Virus record (IMG/VR): IMGVR_UViG_3300027770_000027
Span: 1 to 64,000 of that record
Strand: one strand, 5' to 3'
Length of the DNA: 64,000 bases
A model generated the notes under the pieces. It searched no databases, was not told the origin of the DNA, and worked only from the letters and a program-made list of their open reading frames with translations. Position 1 is the stretch's first letter; every line of letters begins with the position of its first letter. The position numbers and the translations under genes were made by a program. Of the stretch, positions 55,687-63,971 are shown one piece after another.

Positions 55687-57546
55687 ATGCCAAATAAAAA
55701 GATTTCAGAATTTTTAAAATTTTCTTTGCCGGACGCAACTGATTATTTTTTATGTAACCATTTAGATGTTACTAAAACTATTACCTTTGCATCTACGCAA
55801 GATTGGGTATTGTCTACCGCAACCTATATAGATGCTACCTCTTACGGACGTTTTGGAACTGGAGTTGCTATTGGAGGCACTACCTCCAAAGAAAAAAGCA
55901 ACAATTGGTTTACCGGAGATACTAACACCATAAAGTTGTGGGGTAATAGATATTATGATGTAGGCGCAAAATTTTGTTCTGCTGGATATGGCGGAGAGAT
56001 TTCTTTTGACAAAACAACTGGAAAATGGGCCATATCTAATACGGCCTTAGGAACTTCTGGAGGAGCTTTAACTAACATAGAAAGACTTACAATCTCCGCT
56101 GATGGCACTGTCACCGCCAAAGCTGCAGCAAGAGTCAATAGCAATTTGTCCGTAGATTCAAATATCGGAATAGGCACCACCTCTGCAGGAGCTCGCTTGC
56201 ATATTGAGGGTGTCACCGCCAATGCCTTGTTAAAGGATACTAGTAATACTACGTCCGCAACCATTCGGCTTGGTGATGCTGCTACGGGTTTTTACGGAAC
56301 TTGGGGAGGATATTCTAATGGATTTACTGCAGGAACCTTCCTTAATGTAGGAGCAAACGGTCTTTACATGACTCAAGACGCAGGTGGGTCTTTAGCTCTC
56401 GGCACTCGAGGTGCAGGGTCCGTAATACTAGGCACTAACAATACAGAAAGAATACGGATTACTAATGCCGGTAAAGTTGGAATAGGTACTCCATCCCCTT
56501 CTCAAGATTTATCAATTGTAGGAACTAATGTAGGAGATGGTGGTAGTATTGGAATATATGACCAAACACTATCTGCTTATGCAAGGGTAAAATTTATAAG
56601 TAATAGCACCGGTTCCTGGCTGGGATGGGTCGGTAATGTTTCTGAAAGCAATTATACTGACCCCTATGATTCAATGAAGGGGCCTGGTACCTTGAGTGTT
56701 AATCAATATGCCACTGCTCCGTTAGCTATTAATAATAGGGCAGCATATCCAATACTCTTCGGAACTGCAGATGTGGAAAAAATGAGGATTACTTCTGCTG
56801 GCCAAGTGGGCATCGGTACCAAGTCACCGGATCAAAAATTTCAAGTTAGTGGTGGTAATATTACAGTGGATAATGGAAATGGTTATTATGCCAAAACAGT
56901 ATCTGGCGTTGATTCGCGGTTGATATACATGAATGGCTCTAATGATGTCGTGTTAGGTAGTGGTACCACGAATAATATAAGATTTAACACAGGAACTGGA
57001 GGAGAATCTCTAACCATTGCCAATGGAGGAACTGTTAGTACTGCTGGCGCTCTCACAGTGGGCGGGTTGTTGACCGGCAATGCTAATTTGCAACTTGCAG
57101 GAAATGCCGCAATCACTGGAACTCTTCATTCTAATGGAGCCTTATCCACGGCTTCTACTCTCGGAGTGGCGGGTAACACCACTCTTAGCGGTACGCTTTT
57201 TGTATCAAGTACCATTTCTACCAATAGTGACATTATAGCATTTGCATCTTCTGATAAGAGACTTAAAGATAATATTCAACACATTCCAAATAGTTTAGAC
57301 ATCGTATCTCAATTAAATGGAGTGTCTTTTGATTGGAATGATCAGCAAAGTCTTTATACCGGAAAAGATTATGGAGTCATAGCTCAGGAAGTAGAAGAGG
57401 TACTACCAGAAATTGTAACTACTAGAAGCAACGGAATCAAGGCCGTTCGTTATGAAAAATTAATACCAGTGTTAATAGAAGCTATAAAAGAACTCCGAAA
57501 TGAAAATCGAAAACTTAAAAATTCTATTCAGGAATTGATTAAATAA
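55687..57546 (+). CDS. Tail fibre with C-terminal intramolecular chaperone (peptidase S74)
   Basis: IGIGT/VGIGT repeats; SDKRLKDNI...LNGVSFDW...GVIAQEVEEVLPEIV...VRYEKLIPVLIEAIKEL. Confidence 0.9.
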   Translation: MPNKKISEFLKFSLPDATDYFLCNHLDVTKTITFASTQDWVLSTATYIDATSYGRFGTGVAIGGTTSKEKSNNWFTGDTNTIKLWGNRYYDVGAKFCSAGYGGEISFDKTTGKWAISNTALGTSGGALTNIERLTISADGTVTAKAAARVNSNLSVDSNIGIGTTSAGARLHIEGVTANALLKDTSNTTSATIRLGDAATGFYGTWGGYSNGFTAGTFLNVGANGLYMTQDAGGSLALGTRGAGSVILGTNNTERIRITNAGKVGIGTPSPSQDLSIVGTNVGDGGSIGIYDQTLSAYARVKFISNSTGSWLGWVGNVSESNYTDPYDSMKGPGTLSVNQYATAPLAINNRAAYPILFGTADVEKMRITSAGQVGIGTKSPDQKFQVSGGNITVDNGNGYYAKTVSGVDSRLIYMNGSNDVVLGSGTTNNIRFNTGTGGESLTIANGGTVSTAGALTVGGLLTGNANLQLAGNAAITGTLHSNGALSTASTLGVAGNTTLSGTLFVSSTISTNSDIIAFASSDKRLKDNIQHIPNSLDIVSQLNGVSFDWNDQQSLYTGKDYGVIAQEVEEVLPEIVTTRSNGIKAVRYEKLIPVLIEAIKELRNENRKLKNSIQELIK

Positions 57547-57550
57547 TTAT

Positions 57551-58075
57551 ATGTTACAATCAAGTGGTTTAATTAGCTTGGGTCAAATACGAAATGAATT
57601 TTCTCCTGGATGGACGTATGCCAATATAGGTAAATTTACTCGCGGTGGTTCCTATGTAACTAATCTCCCAGAAAATGCTAGAATTAAAACCTCTAACGAT
57701 GTCCAAGCCTGGTCAGATTATTACGGAACTAGAAAATATCCACGAGCTGGTTTGACAATCTATAATGTAGTATCAGAAACCAAAAGCCAATATGCCAATA
57801 GCAATAATGGATGGTTTAGTGTGGCAAAATTAGGACCCATTAACACTGGTTATTACTTTTATTACAACGGTATAAGACAAGGAGCAGTATATGACGAAGG
57901 ACACATTCACGCGAAAGGTGGCTTGAATAGTGGTAGTTATACTATAGGATTTTCAGACATATTAACCGGTTATTATATAGGTTTTCTTGTATCTATTGGA
58001 TATGGGGGCGTGTCAGACATTAATGGGTATTCTAGTGGTAGTAGTTTTTGGGTAACACCCAGGGCACCTCGTTAA
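57551..58075 (+). CDS. Tail-fibre tip/adhesin-associated protein
   Basis: MLQSSGLISLGQIRNEF N-terminus, typical of genes following S74 fibres; aromatic/Gly-rich. Confidence 0.55.
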   Translation: MLQSSGLISLGQIRNEFSPGWTYANIGKFTRGGSYVTNLPENARIKTSNDVQAWSDYYGTRKYPRAGLTIYNVVSETKSQYANSNNGWFSVAKLGPINTGYYFYYNGIRQGAVYDEGHIHAKGGLNSGSYTIGFSDILTGYYIGFLVSIGYGGVSDINGYSSGSSFWVTPRAPR

Positions 58076-58083
58076 ATAATTTT

Positions 58084-58980
58084 ATGAGTTTATATAAACA
58101 TGGGTTGAATTATATTCAACAAAATTATCCTTCTTTTAATTTATTAGACTCTACTATAGGAGTAGTTACTGCTGGAGACACCAATGTTTTTGGGGGAGTG
58201 CAGGCTCTGTTTCTTTCTTTAAAAGGAAAAATTAATTTTATATGTATAGACATAGGATTCACAGAAGCTCAAAAACGATGGGCTTTTGAGAATGGTATGA
58301 CTTTAAAATATGTAGACATTGCAGATTATCATAAAACTATAGACAATTGGCAAACTTGGTTTAAACCCCTATACATAATGGCTAGTCCATATGAATATAC
58401 TATATGGATGGATTCAGATTGTTTAGTAGTTGGTGATCTATCTGCCTCTCCTATTATATCCAATAAGCAAACTTTCTTTTTAAAACATTGGTTGCGTCAA
58501 AAATATTTGCATAAAATTTCTGAAAATGTATATAAAGAATTTCCGGTGCAAGATCCTAATGTGCCTACCATTAACGCCGGTGTTGTGGGTATTAATAAAA
58601 AGACTCACAAGCACTTGTTAGACAGTTGGTGTGATAAATTGAACCTATGTTTAAATCGTCCAGAACTAAGGCCACAATTTGTTAATAGTGATGAAGGAAT
58701 ATTAACTTGGACTTTACAAAAAAATAGCTGTAACTCTCTAGTTAAGGATCTGGCAACTCATAATAGATTTGCCAATATCACAGACACCAATATCAATCTT
58801 TTCACAGTAGAAGATGATCACATGGAGCAATCTTACATAACGGTTAAATCTTCTTCCATGCCCTCCAAATTCTTTAGAGAAGTATTGCAAGCAAGCCAAG
58901 GACAAGGAAACTTGGTCCTTCATTTCTCCACGGCCTTAATGAATCGTATGAAGTATTGGAAGACCTGGACCCCTAATTAA
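58084..58980 (+). CDS. GT-A fold glycosyltransferase
   Basis: WFKP..I, TIWMDSDCLV (DxD), INAGVVG, SDEGIL, VLHF. Confidence 0.75.
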   Translation: MSLYKHGLNYIQQNYPSFNLLDSTIGVVTAGDTNVFGGVQALFLSLKGKINFICIDIGFTEAQKRWAFENGMTLKYVDIADYHKTIDNWQTWFKPLYIMASPYEYTIWMDSDCLVVGDLSASPIISNKQTFFLKHWLRQKYLHKISENVYKEFPVQDPNVPTINAGVVGINKKTHKHLLDSWCDKLNLCLNRPELRPQFVNSDEGILTWTLQKNSCNSLVKDLATHNRFANITDTNINLFTVEDDHMEQSYITVKSSSMPSKFFREVLQASQGQGNLVLHFSTALMNRMKYWKTWTPN

Positions 58981-59749
58981 TTCTCTTCATAAAGAGCCAA
59001 GGTTCATTAGGAGCTAAGATAGAAGGCCAGTGTCTAGTTACAATAGAGTACAGAGAAGTGTCTTGATCTATTAAAGGAAACTCTACATCCACCACTTCTT
59101 TGAAATGAGCTTTAACCAAATCTCTTTCTTCTGTGGATACGTCCGGATCTTGTTCCTTATAGGTTTCAAACTCTTGGTCAATGATCTCTTCTTCTAATTG
59201 GATTCTTTTCTCGAGAACCTTTTTCATTTGAGCCCTACAAATGTTTAAGTCCGCCAGAACTGCCGGACTTTCTACTCCTAGAATGAACATAGCTTTGCGA
59301 TCATCCAAAGATACCCCATCTGCATAATTGGTGAGAAGATTTAAAATCTTTTGTAGATCTACCACCAATCCCGTGTTGTATTGATATAACAAAAAGCTGA
59401 GCACAGAATTGAATAAATGTATGGATAGGTCTTGCAAGCCTTCTGCTTGATCTCCGGGTAGAATTTCTAGAATCTTTTCATAAACTCTCTTCTGTCCCTC
59501 GTACTGTTTTAGCATGTCTGCGTCTGCAAAGAAAGCGGCCTTTAAATTGGCATAATAAATAGTCACCACGCTTCCGTCTACAATATTGGAACAGGTGAAA
59601 TACTTTTTGGTCTTCTTATATTTAACACCCGCTTCTCGTCGAACCAACTTTGCAAACCTCTGCATATTTTCGTCTAGATAGGTAACTTCAACTGCACTCT
59701 GTTCTAGTGCTGCGTGTAGTTGCTCTGTGAATTCTTCTGATAAAAACAT
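58973..59749 (-). CDS. Hypothetical protein
   Basis: 258-aa ORF. Confidence 0.55.
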   Translation of the reverse strand: MFLSEEFTEQLHAALEQSAVEVTYLDENMQRFAKLVRREAGVKYKKTKKYFTCSNIVDGSVVTIYYANLKAAFFADADMLKQYEGQKRVYEKILEILPGDQAEGLQDLSIHLFNSVLSFLLYQYNTGLVVDLQKILNLLTNYADGVSLDDRKAMFILGVESPAVLADLNICRAQMKKVLEKRIQLEEEIIDQEFETYKEQDPDVSTEERDLVKAHFKEVVDVEFPLIDQDTSLYSIVTRHWPSILAPNEPWLFMKRIN

Positions 59750-59765
59750 ATATAATATATAGGGA

Positions 59766-60557
59766 TCAAACTTTAAAAAGCTTCTTTAATTTATACTCAG
59801 CTCTACTAGTTGGTATATTACTTAGATCATCTAATTCTTTTCTAGTGAATGGTGCTGCAGGGGTTGGGATTCCGTCATAGGTTCGAGCAATGTCCGGTAA
59901 GATTTCCTCTTCACAAAATAGACTGCCGGACATATGCCAAACATTCAAAGTCAGGGTCACTGCTTTAATCTTATCTTCCAGACTCTCAGCTCCAAACAAC
60001 AAACGAAAACAATAATCTATTCCCTTATAAGCCTCCGCGGCGATATTGGATAAGTTCACCCGCTCCAGGTCCTCTTCGGCATGTAACAAAAAACGCGGGG
60101 ACTTGGGATTATTAATATAGTCGCCCGTCAAATAATCTATCTTTTGGGAATCCTCAGGCCAGTCCAGTTGAGGCTGCGTGTGCCTCATTAAGCGGCCGGC
60201 AGGCATAGGGGTCACTCCCCTACAATCGAACTCACTTAAAAGAGCCCTTCTCGTTCGTCTTCCGACATGCGCATCCATTATAGTAATAAGATATAATTTA
60301 ATCCATTCATAATGGTTTCTTATTTCTCTATCCACCTGTTGCTTCACTTGGTCCTGTTCGTCTCCATAGTGATAATCGGATAAGAGATATTTCATCATTA
60401 CATATTCATGAAATATATGGAGTCTCTTTAATGCCGTCCCCTTAAACTCTTTTACGATCTTCTGGATAACGGGATAATAACCGCGGTACAAGGGGGACAG
60501 CCGGATAGTGACAAGCAGCTTCTTCCTAAAGGCCATTACATCTGTTGTGGAACTCAT
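59766..60557 (-). CDS. Hypothetical protein
   Basis: 263-aa ORF; LNVWHMSG motif not assigned. Confidence 0.55.
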   Translation of the reverse strand: MSSTTDVMAFRKKLLVTIRLSPLYRGYYPVIQKIVKEFKGTALKRLHIFHEYVMMKYLLSDYHYGDEQDQVKQQVDREIRNHYEWIKLYLITIMDAHVGRRTRRALLSEFDCRGVTPMPAGRLMRHTQPQLDWPEDSQKIDYLTGDYINNPKSPRFLLHAEEDLERVNLSNIAAEAYKGIDYCFRLLFGAESLEDKIKAVTLTLNVWHMSGSLFCEEEILPDIARTYDGIPTPAAPFTRKELDDLSNIPTSRAEYKLKKLFKV

Positions 60558-60762
60558 CTAATACATACCGCGCCAGGTACAGGGGTCTATAGGGTATATA
60601 GGGGGTACTCTTATATAGTAGAACAGCGGATTGCCCCCACCCCCCGGCTCCGGCGTGATACCCCTATTACCTGTTTTTGAACAGCCGGGGTCCTTGCATA
60701 CCACGGTGCGAAAAATCCCCAGAGGTCCCTCTCCGCCCCTGGGGCTTGACTCGCCGCCTATG

Positions 60763-61149
60763 CTACTCGAGGCCGTTCTCCAGGAGGCTGTCGATGAAGC
60801 CGTACTCACATCCTAGGTCGAAGTCGAGGAACCGATTGTCACCAAGGGTCTCCTGGGCCTCGTGGAGCCACCGGATTGCCATCGCAACGTCCTGGGCCCC
60901 ATACTGCATGAGGACTCGGATCTGCTCCCGAGCTGCCTGCTCAGCCCTAGCGGTGCGTTGCTTCTCCTCTTCTACCTGGACATAGTACTCCCGCTCGAGC
61001 CGAGCCAGCATTCCCTTCAGCTCCTGCACCGTGACCTTGGTACCGTAGATCCACCGAGCCTTCACCCCGTAGACGTCCTTGTGGAAGTCACAGTACTCAT
61101 CCATCAGCTGCTCGAGTTCGGTGCGGGCGATCGTCATGTCATTCATCAT
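60763..61149 (-). CDS. Early-type hypothetical protein
   Basis: DFHKDVYGVKAR; own promoter; ATGATG start. Confidence 0.65.
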   Translation of the reverse strand: MMNDMTIARTELEQLMDEYCDFHKDVYGVKARWIYGTKVTVQELKGMLARLEREYYVQVEEEKQRTARAEQAAREQIRVLMQYGAQDVAMAIRWLHEAQETLGDNRFLDFDLGCEYGFIDSLLENGLE

Positions 61150-61187
61150 GTTTATATATTAGAGGAGAGAGTGGGGAACCTCAAGGA

Positions 61188-61412
61188 CTATCGGACCGTT
61201 GCGAGGTCCCAATCGTCGAGTCGGACCACATCCTTATTGGCTAGCTCGACGTCCACTGTGACCCGGTTCACCTTCACCACGGTGCCTGTGTGGCGGATGT
61301 TCTCGGTCTGCCGGCCGTCGAAGAACGTGGTCGTCCAGTTGATCGTCTGGCCGATGGTGAACTGATCCTTGAGGGTGGTCTTGGCGGTGTGCTTCTTAAT
61401 TACTTTCATCAT
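61188..61412 (-). CDS. Small SH3-like early protein, paralogue 1
   Basis: FFDGR...TGTVVKVNRVTVDV. Confidence 0.65.
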   Translation of the reverse strand: MMKVIKKHTAKTTLKDQFTIGQTINWTTTFFDGRQTENIRHTGTVVKVNRVTVDVELANKDVVRLDDWDLATVR

Positions 61413-61450
61413 GTATATATCTTAAGGGTTTATTGGGGGAACTGCAACAC

Positions 61451-61687
61451 TTACCAAGGCCGAGTATTAACCTTCACCTGACGGAGGTCTAGGCGGACTA
61501 CATCCTGGTTCGGCAGGTACACGTCCACGGTGACCTTGTTCATCTTGCACACGGTGCCGGTGTAAGGGACATACTCACCGGTCCGGCCGTCGAAGAAACG
61601 AATTACCCAGTCGACTACCTGTCCGGTGCGGAACTTGGGAAGCTGTTCGGTGTGGCGCTTGATTGTTCTCATTGCTGTTCTCATCAT
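61451..61687 (-). CDS. Small SH3-like early protein, paralogue 2
   Basis: FFDGR...TGTVCKMNKVTVDV. Confidence 0.65.
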   Translation of the reverse strand: MMRTAMRTIKRHTEQLPKFRTGQVVDWVIRFFDGRTGEYVPYTGTVCKMNKVTVDVYLPNQDVVRLDLRQVKVNTRPW

Positions 61688-61725
61688 GTATATATCTTAA
61701 GGGTTTCTGGAGGGAACTGCAAGCA

Positions 61726-62022
61726 CTACCGGTTGATCGTTGTGGTCCTATTCTGCAGGAGGAGGTCGAGCTCCTTCAGCTGCTTGAGGGTCGTGAGGTT
61801 CTCCTTCTGTACCAGCGCCAGGCCTTCCACGAAGTCGGTGTTCAGCCAGTCAGTCTTGAAGGCGAGTCCGTTCACCCCGAAGCCTAGGTGTGTGGTTCCT
61901 TCTTCCTCATCGGTGAGGATACCGAGGACGCGGAAGTCGATGGCCTTCGGGTTCTTGGCTTCGAGCGCCTGGAGGACTGCTACGCGGACTTCGGTCTTGG
62001 TGTTCATCTTGTTTTTCATCAT
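61726..62022 (-). CDS. Early hypothetical protein
   Basis: Own promoter; ATGATG start. Confidence 0.6.
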   Translation of the reverse strand: MMKNKMNTKTEVRVAVLQALEAKNPKAIDFRVLGILTDEEEGTTHLGFGVNGLAFKTDWLNTDFVEGLALVQKENLTTLKQLKELDLLLQNRTTTINR

Positions 62023-62060
62023 GTAATAATATTAACGGACGTTGGGGGGAACTGCAAGGA

Positions 62061-62333
62061 CTACTTCCGAGCTCTGGCCTTCTTGAACTGAGCCCTCACC
62101 TTTGCAAAGGTCTCGTCCTGCTCGGGCTCCGGGTAGAACCAGTTCCAGGTGTTGCGGACTCCCTTGACCAGGAGCTCGAGGAGGCACAGAGGGATGAGGA
62201 TCGGGGAGAGCACCACGGTGAGCAGAGCGGTGACAACGATCGTGGTGATACAGGCGCTCGCTAGTGCGTTGATCGTGGACTGGTGGCGGAGGCGGAAAGC
62301 GAAGGCTTCGGTGGGTGTCATGGTGTCTTTCAT
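62061..62333 (-). CDS. Early membrane protein
   Basis: Long hydrophobic segment; own promoter. Confidence 0.6.
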   Translation of the reverse strand: MKDTMTPTEAFAFRLRHQSTINALASACITTIVVTALLTVVLSPILIPLCLLELLVKGVRNTWNWFYPEPEQDETFAKVRAQFKKARARK

Positions 62334-62375
62334 CTTGTATATATCTTAGGTGAGGAGAGGGGGAACCGCACGGAC

Positions 62376-62468
62376 TTAGTTGAGGTCGAAGAGGTAGATA
62401 AAGGTCGCGCCGAGGCCTACGAGAAGGACGAAGTGAACTGTCACGGCTACTACTTGGAACGTTGTCAT
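62376..62468 (-). CDS. 30-aa single-TM peptide (below ORF-track cutoff)
   Basis: MTTFQVVAVTVHFVLLVGLGATFIYLFDLN; own promoter. Confidence 0.6.
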   Translation of the reverse strand: MTTFQVVAVTVHFVLLVGLGATFIYLFDLN

Positions 62469-62500
62469 TGTTAAGATATTAAAGGATGTACTGGGGAACC

Positions 62501-62695
62501 TCAAGCGAAGACTTCGTGGGCGATCCCGGACTCTGGCTGCTCGTAGGACTCGATGAAGAACCTCTTAGAGTCCTTCCGTTGCCAGATCCACTCCTCCGCG
62601 GACTTCCGATCGAAGAAGACTCCGATGAACTCATTGCCGCCGTTGGAGAAGGCTCCGGCTTCCTTGAACACGATATGGACTTGGGTCTTGGTCAT
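62501..62695 (-). CDS. Early hypothetical protein
   Basis: VHIVF...FIGVFFDRKSAEEW; own promoter. Confidence 0.6.
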   Translation of the reverse strand: MTKTQVHIVFKEAGAFSNGGNEFIGVFFDRKSAEEWIWQRKDSKRFFIESYEQPESGIAHEVFA

Positions 62696-62733
62696 AGTTC
62701 TATTATGGGTTAGGAACTGGGGAAGCTCAACGC

Positions 62734-62898
62734 TTATCGTCCGAGAGCAGGCAGGGGCTTCTGAACAGTCACCCAGTGGAGGATCTCGGTCGGGACTCGG
62801 AACACCTTAGCTGCCTGCTCTGCGTCCTCGCGCTTGGCGTAAGCTCCGAGGAAAGCCTGATTGTCTTCGCGAACGAGAATGTAAACGGTGTCTTTCAT
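62734..62898 (-). CDS. Early hypothetical protein
   Basis: Start MKDTVYILVRED; promoter occupies the ORF-track 5' extension; FLGAYAKREDAEQ. Confidence 0.6.
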   Translation of the reverse strand: MKDTVYILVREDNQAFLGAYAKREDAEQAAKVFRVPTEILHWVTVQKPLPALGR

Positions 62899-62930
62899 TG
62901 TTAATATCTTAGTGGATCTAACGGGGAAGC

Positions 62931-63128
62931 TCAAGCCTCAAGAGCGAGGACGTTGAACGGGACCTGGACTACCTGATTGCTGGGAAGTTCCACGCAGACA
63001 TCCAGCTCGGTGTTCTTCTCCAGGCGAGCGGCCACGGACATGGCCTGCCAGAGAGTCTCGTGGGATGTGTGGATCCGGTAGGGCTTGTTGGGGTAGAGAG
63101 GGGAGCGAGTGAGGACGTTGTAGGTCAT
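62931..63128 (-). CDS. Early hypothetical protein
   Basis: 65-aa ORF co-oriented in the array. Confidence 0.55.
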   Translation of the reverse strand: MTYNVLTRSPLYPNKPYRIHTSHETLWQAMSVAARLEKNTELDVCVELPSNQVVQVPFNVLALEA

Positions 63129-63140
63129 GGTGATTGGGAA

Positions 63141-63242
63141 TTAGAGGTTATGCTTAGCTGCTACGTAGGTCACGAAGACTGCGGCGACTCCGGTGAGAGC
63201 GACTCCGGTGAACATCAGGATGGGAAGGACTGTTTCAATCAT
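63141..63242 (-). CDS. 33-aa single-TM peptide (below ORF-track cutoff)
   Basis: MIETVLPILMFTGVALTGVAAVFVTYVAAKHNL; own promoter. Confidence 0.6.
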   Translation of the reverse strand: MIETVLPILMFTGVALTGVAAVFVTYVAAKHNL

Positions 63243-63281
63243 GTAATAATCTTAGCACATGACTGGGGGAACCTCCCGCCC

Positions 63282-63530
63282 TCAATAGTGCCGTGTCTTT
63301 GACTCTGTCTTGACTCGCTCATACTCTGCTCGCGTCCTCTCGTCTTCCAAAGAGAGGAGTAGCCGGTGGAGTTGGCCTGCAGCAACCTGATAGGCCTTCT
63401 CGGCGGTGTAGGCTTCCCGGCGAAGGGCATTGACGGCATCCAGCTTATCTGTCTTGTGAGCAGAGAGACTGTCCAGGAGGTCGAGTTGTTGGCGGACGCC
63501 GGGGTTATTGAGGATGTCTTGGTTATTCAT
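63282..63530 (-). CDS. Early coiled-coil protein
   Basis: 82-aa helical ORF. Confidence 0.55.
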   Translation of the reverse strand: MNNQDILNNPGVRQQLDLLDSLSAHKTDKLDAVNALRREAYTAEKAYQVAAGQLHRLLLSLEDERTRAEYERVKTESKTRHY

Positions 63531-63554
63531 AGATTTATTGGTTGTGGGGAAAGA

Positions 63555-63731
63555 TTAGTGGCGGTTCCGGGGATTGATTCCCTTCCCGGCGTTCTCCTGC
63601 CGGTGGATGATGACCCCGGCGATCACGAAGAGGACAATCACAGGCCAGAAGTTCACGGCGAGCTTGAGGAAGACCTGGCCAATGAGGGAAAGCTTGTCTG
63701 TGAGGGTCATGTCGAAGTGTTCTTGAATCAT
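63555..63731 (-). CDS. 58-aa membrane peptide (below ORF-track cutoff)
   Basis: MIQEHFDMTLTDKLSLIGQVFLKLAVNFWPVIVLFVIAGVIIHRQ...; CATAAT 6 nt upstream. Confidence 0.6.
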   Translation of the reverse strand: MIQEHFDMTLTDKLSLIGQVFLKLAVNFWPVIVLFVIAGVIIHRQENAGKGINPRNRH

Positions 63732-63788
63732 GTTTCTATTATGGCTGGGAATGCTGGGAAGGGAACGGCTGACTTTAACATTGAGGTC

Positions 63789-63971
63789 CTACTTGCACAG
63801 GCAGTAGACTCCGAAGAGGGCCAGCCCTCCCACGATGAGGCCGTGGTTCCCCAGGAACGCGAGACATAGGGTTCCCAGGGCGGTTCCGGCCATCGCCATT
63901 CCTAGGAAGGCGGACGGGCATAGGAACCAGAGGGCTGCGAGAACGGCGAGGAACATCATTACTTTCATCAT
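63789..63971 (-). CDS. 60-aa hydrophobic membrane protein
   Basis: Almost entirely hydrophobic; own promoter; ATGATG start. Confidence 0.6.
   Translation of the reverse strand: MMKVMMFLAVLAALWFLCPSAFLGMAMAGTALGTLCLAFLGNHGLIVGGLALFGVYCLCK

Noticed and set aside
60560-60800. Assembly chimera at the GC jump
   Set aside because: Disfavoured but not excluded: the same TTCCC promoter occurs on both sides of the junction; read-level confirmation is still needed
60862-63869. Long plus-strand ORFs in the GC-rich block (e.g. 60862-61365, 61652-62026, 63366-63869)
   Set aside because: They are antisense shadows of promoter-supported minus-strand genes; stop codons are rare at high GC
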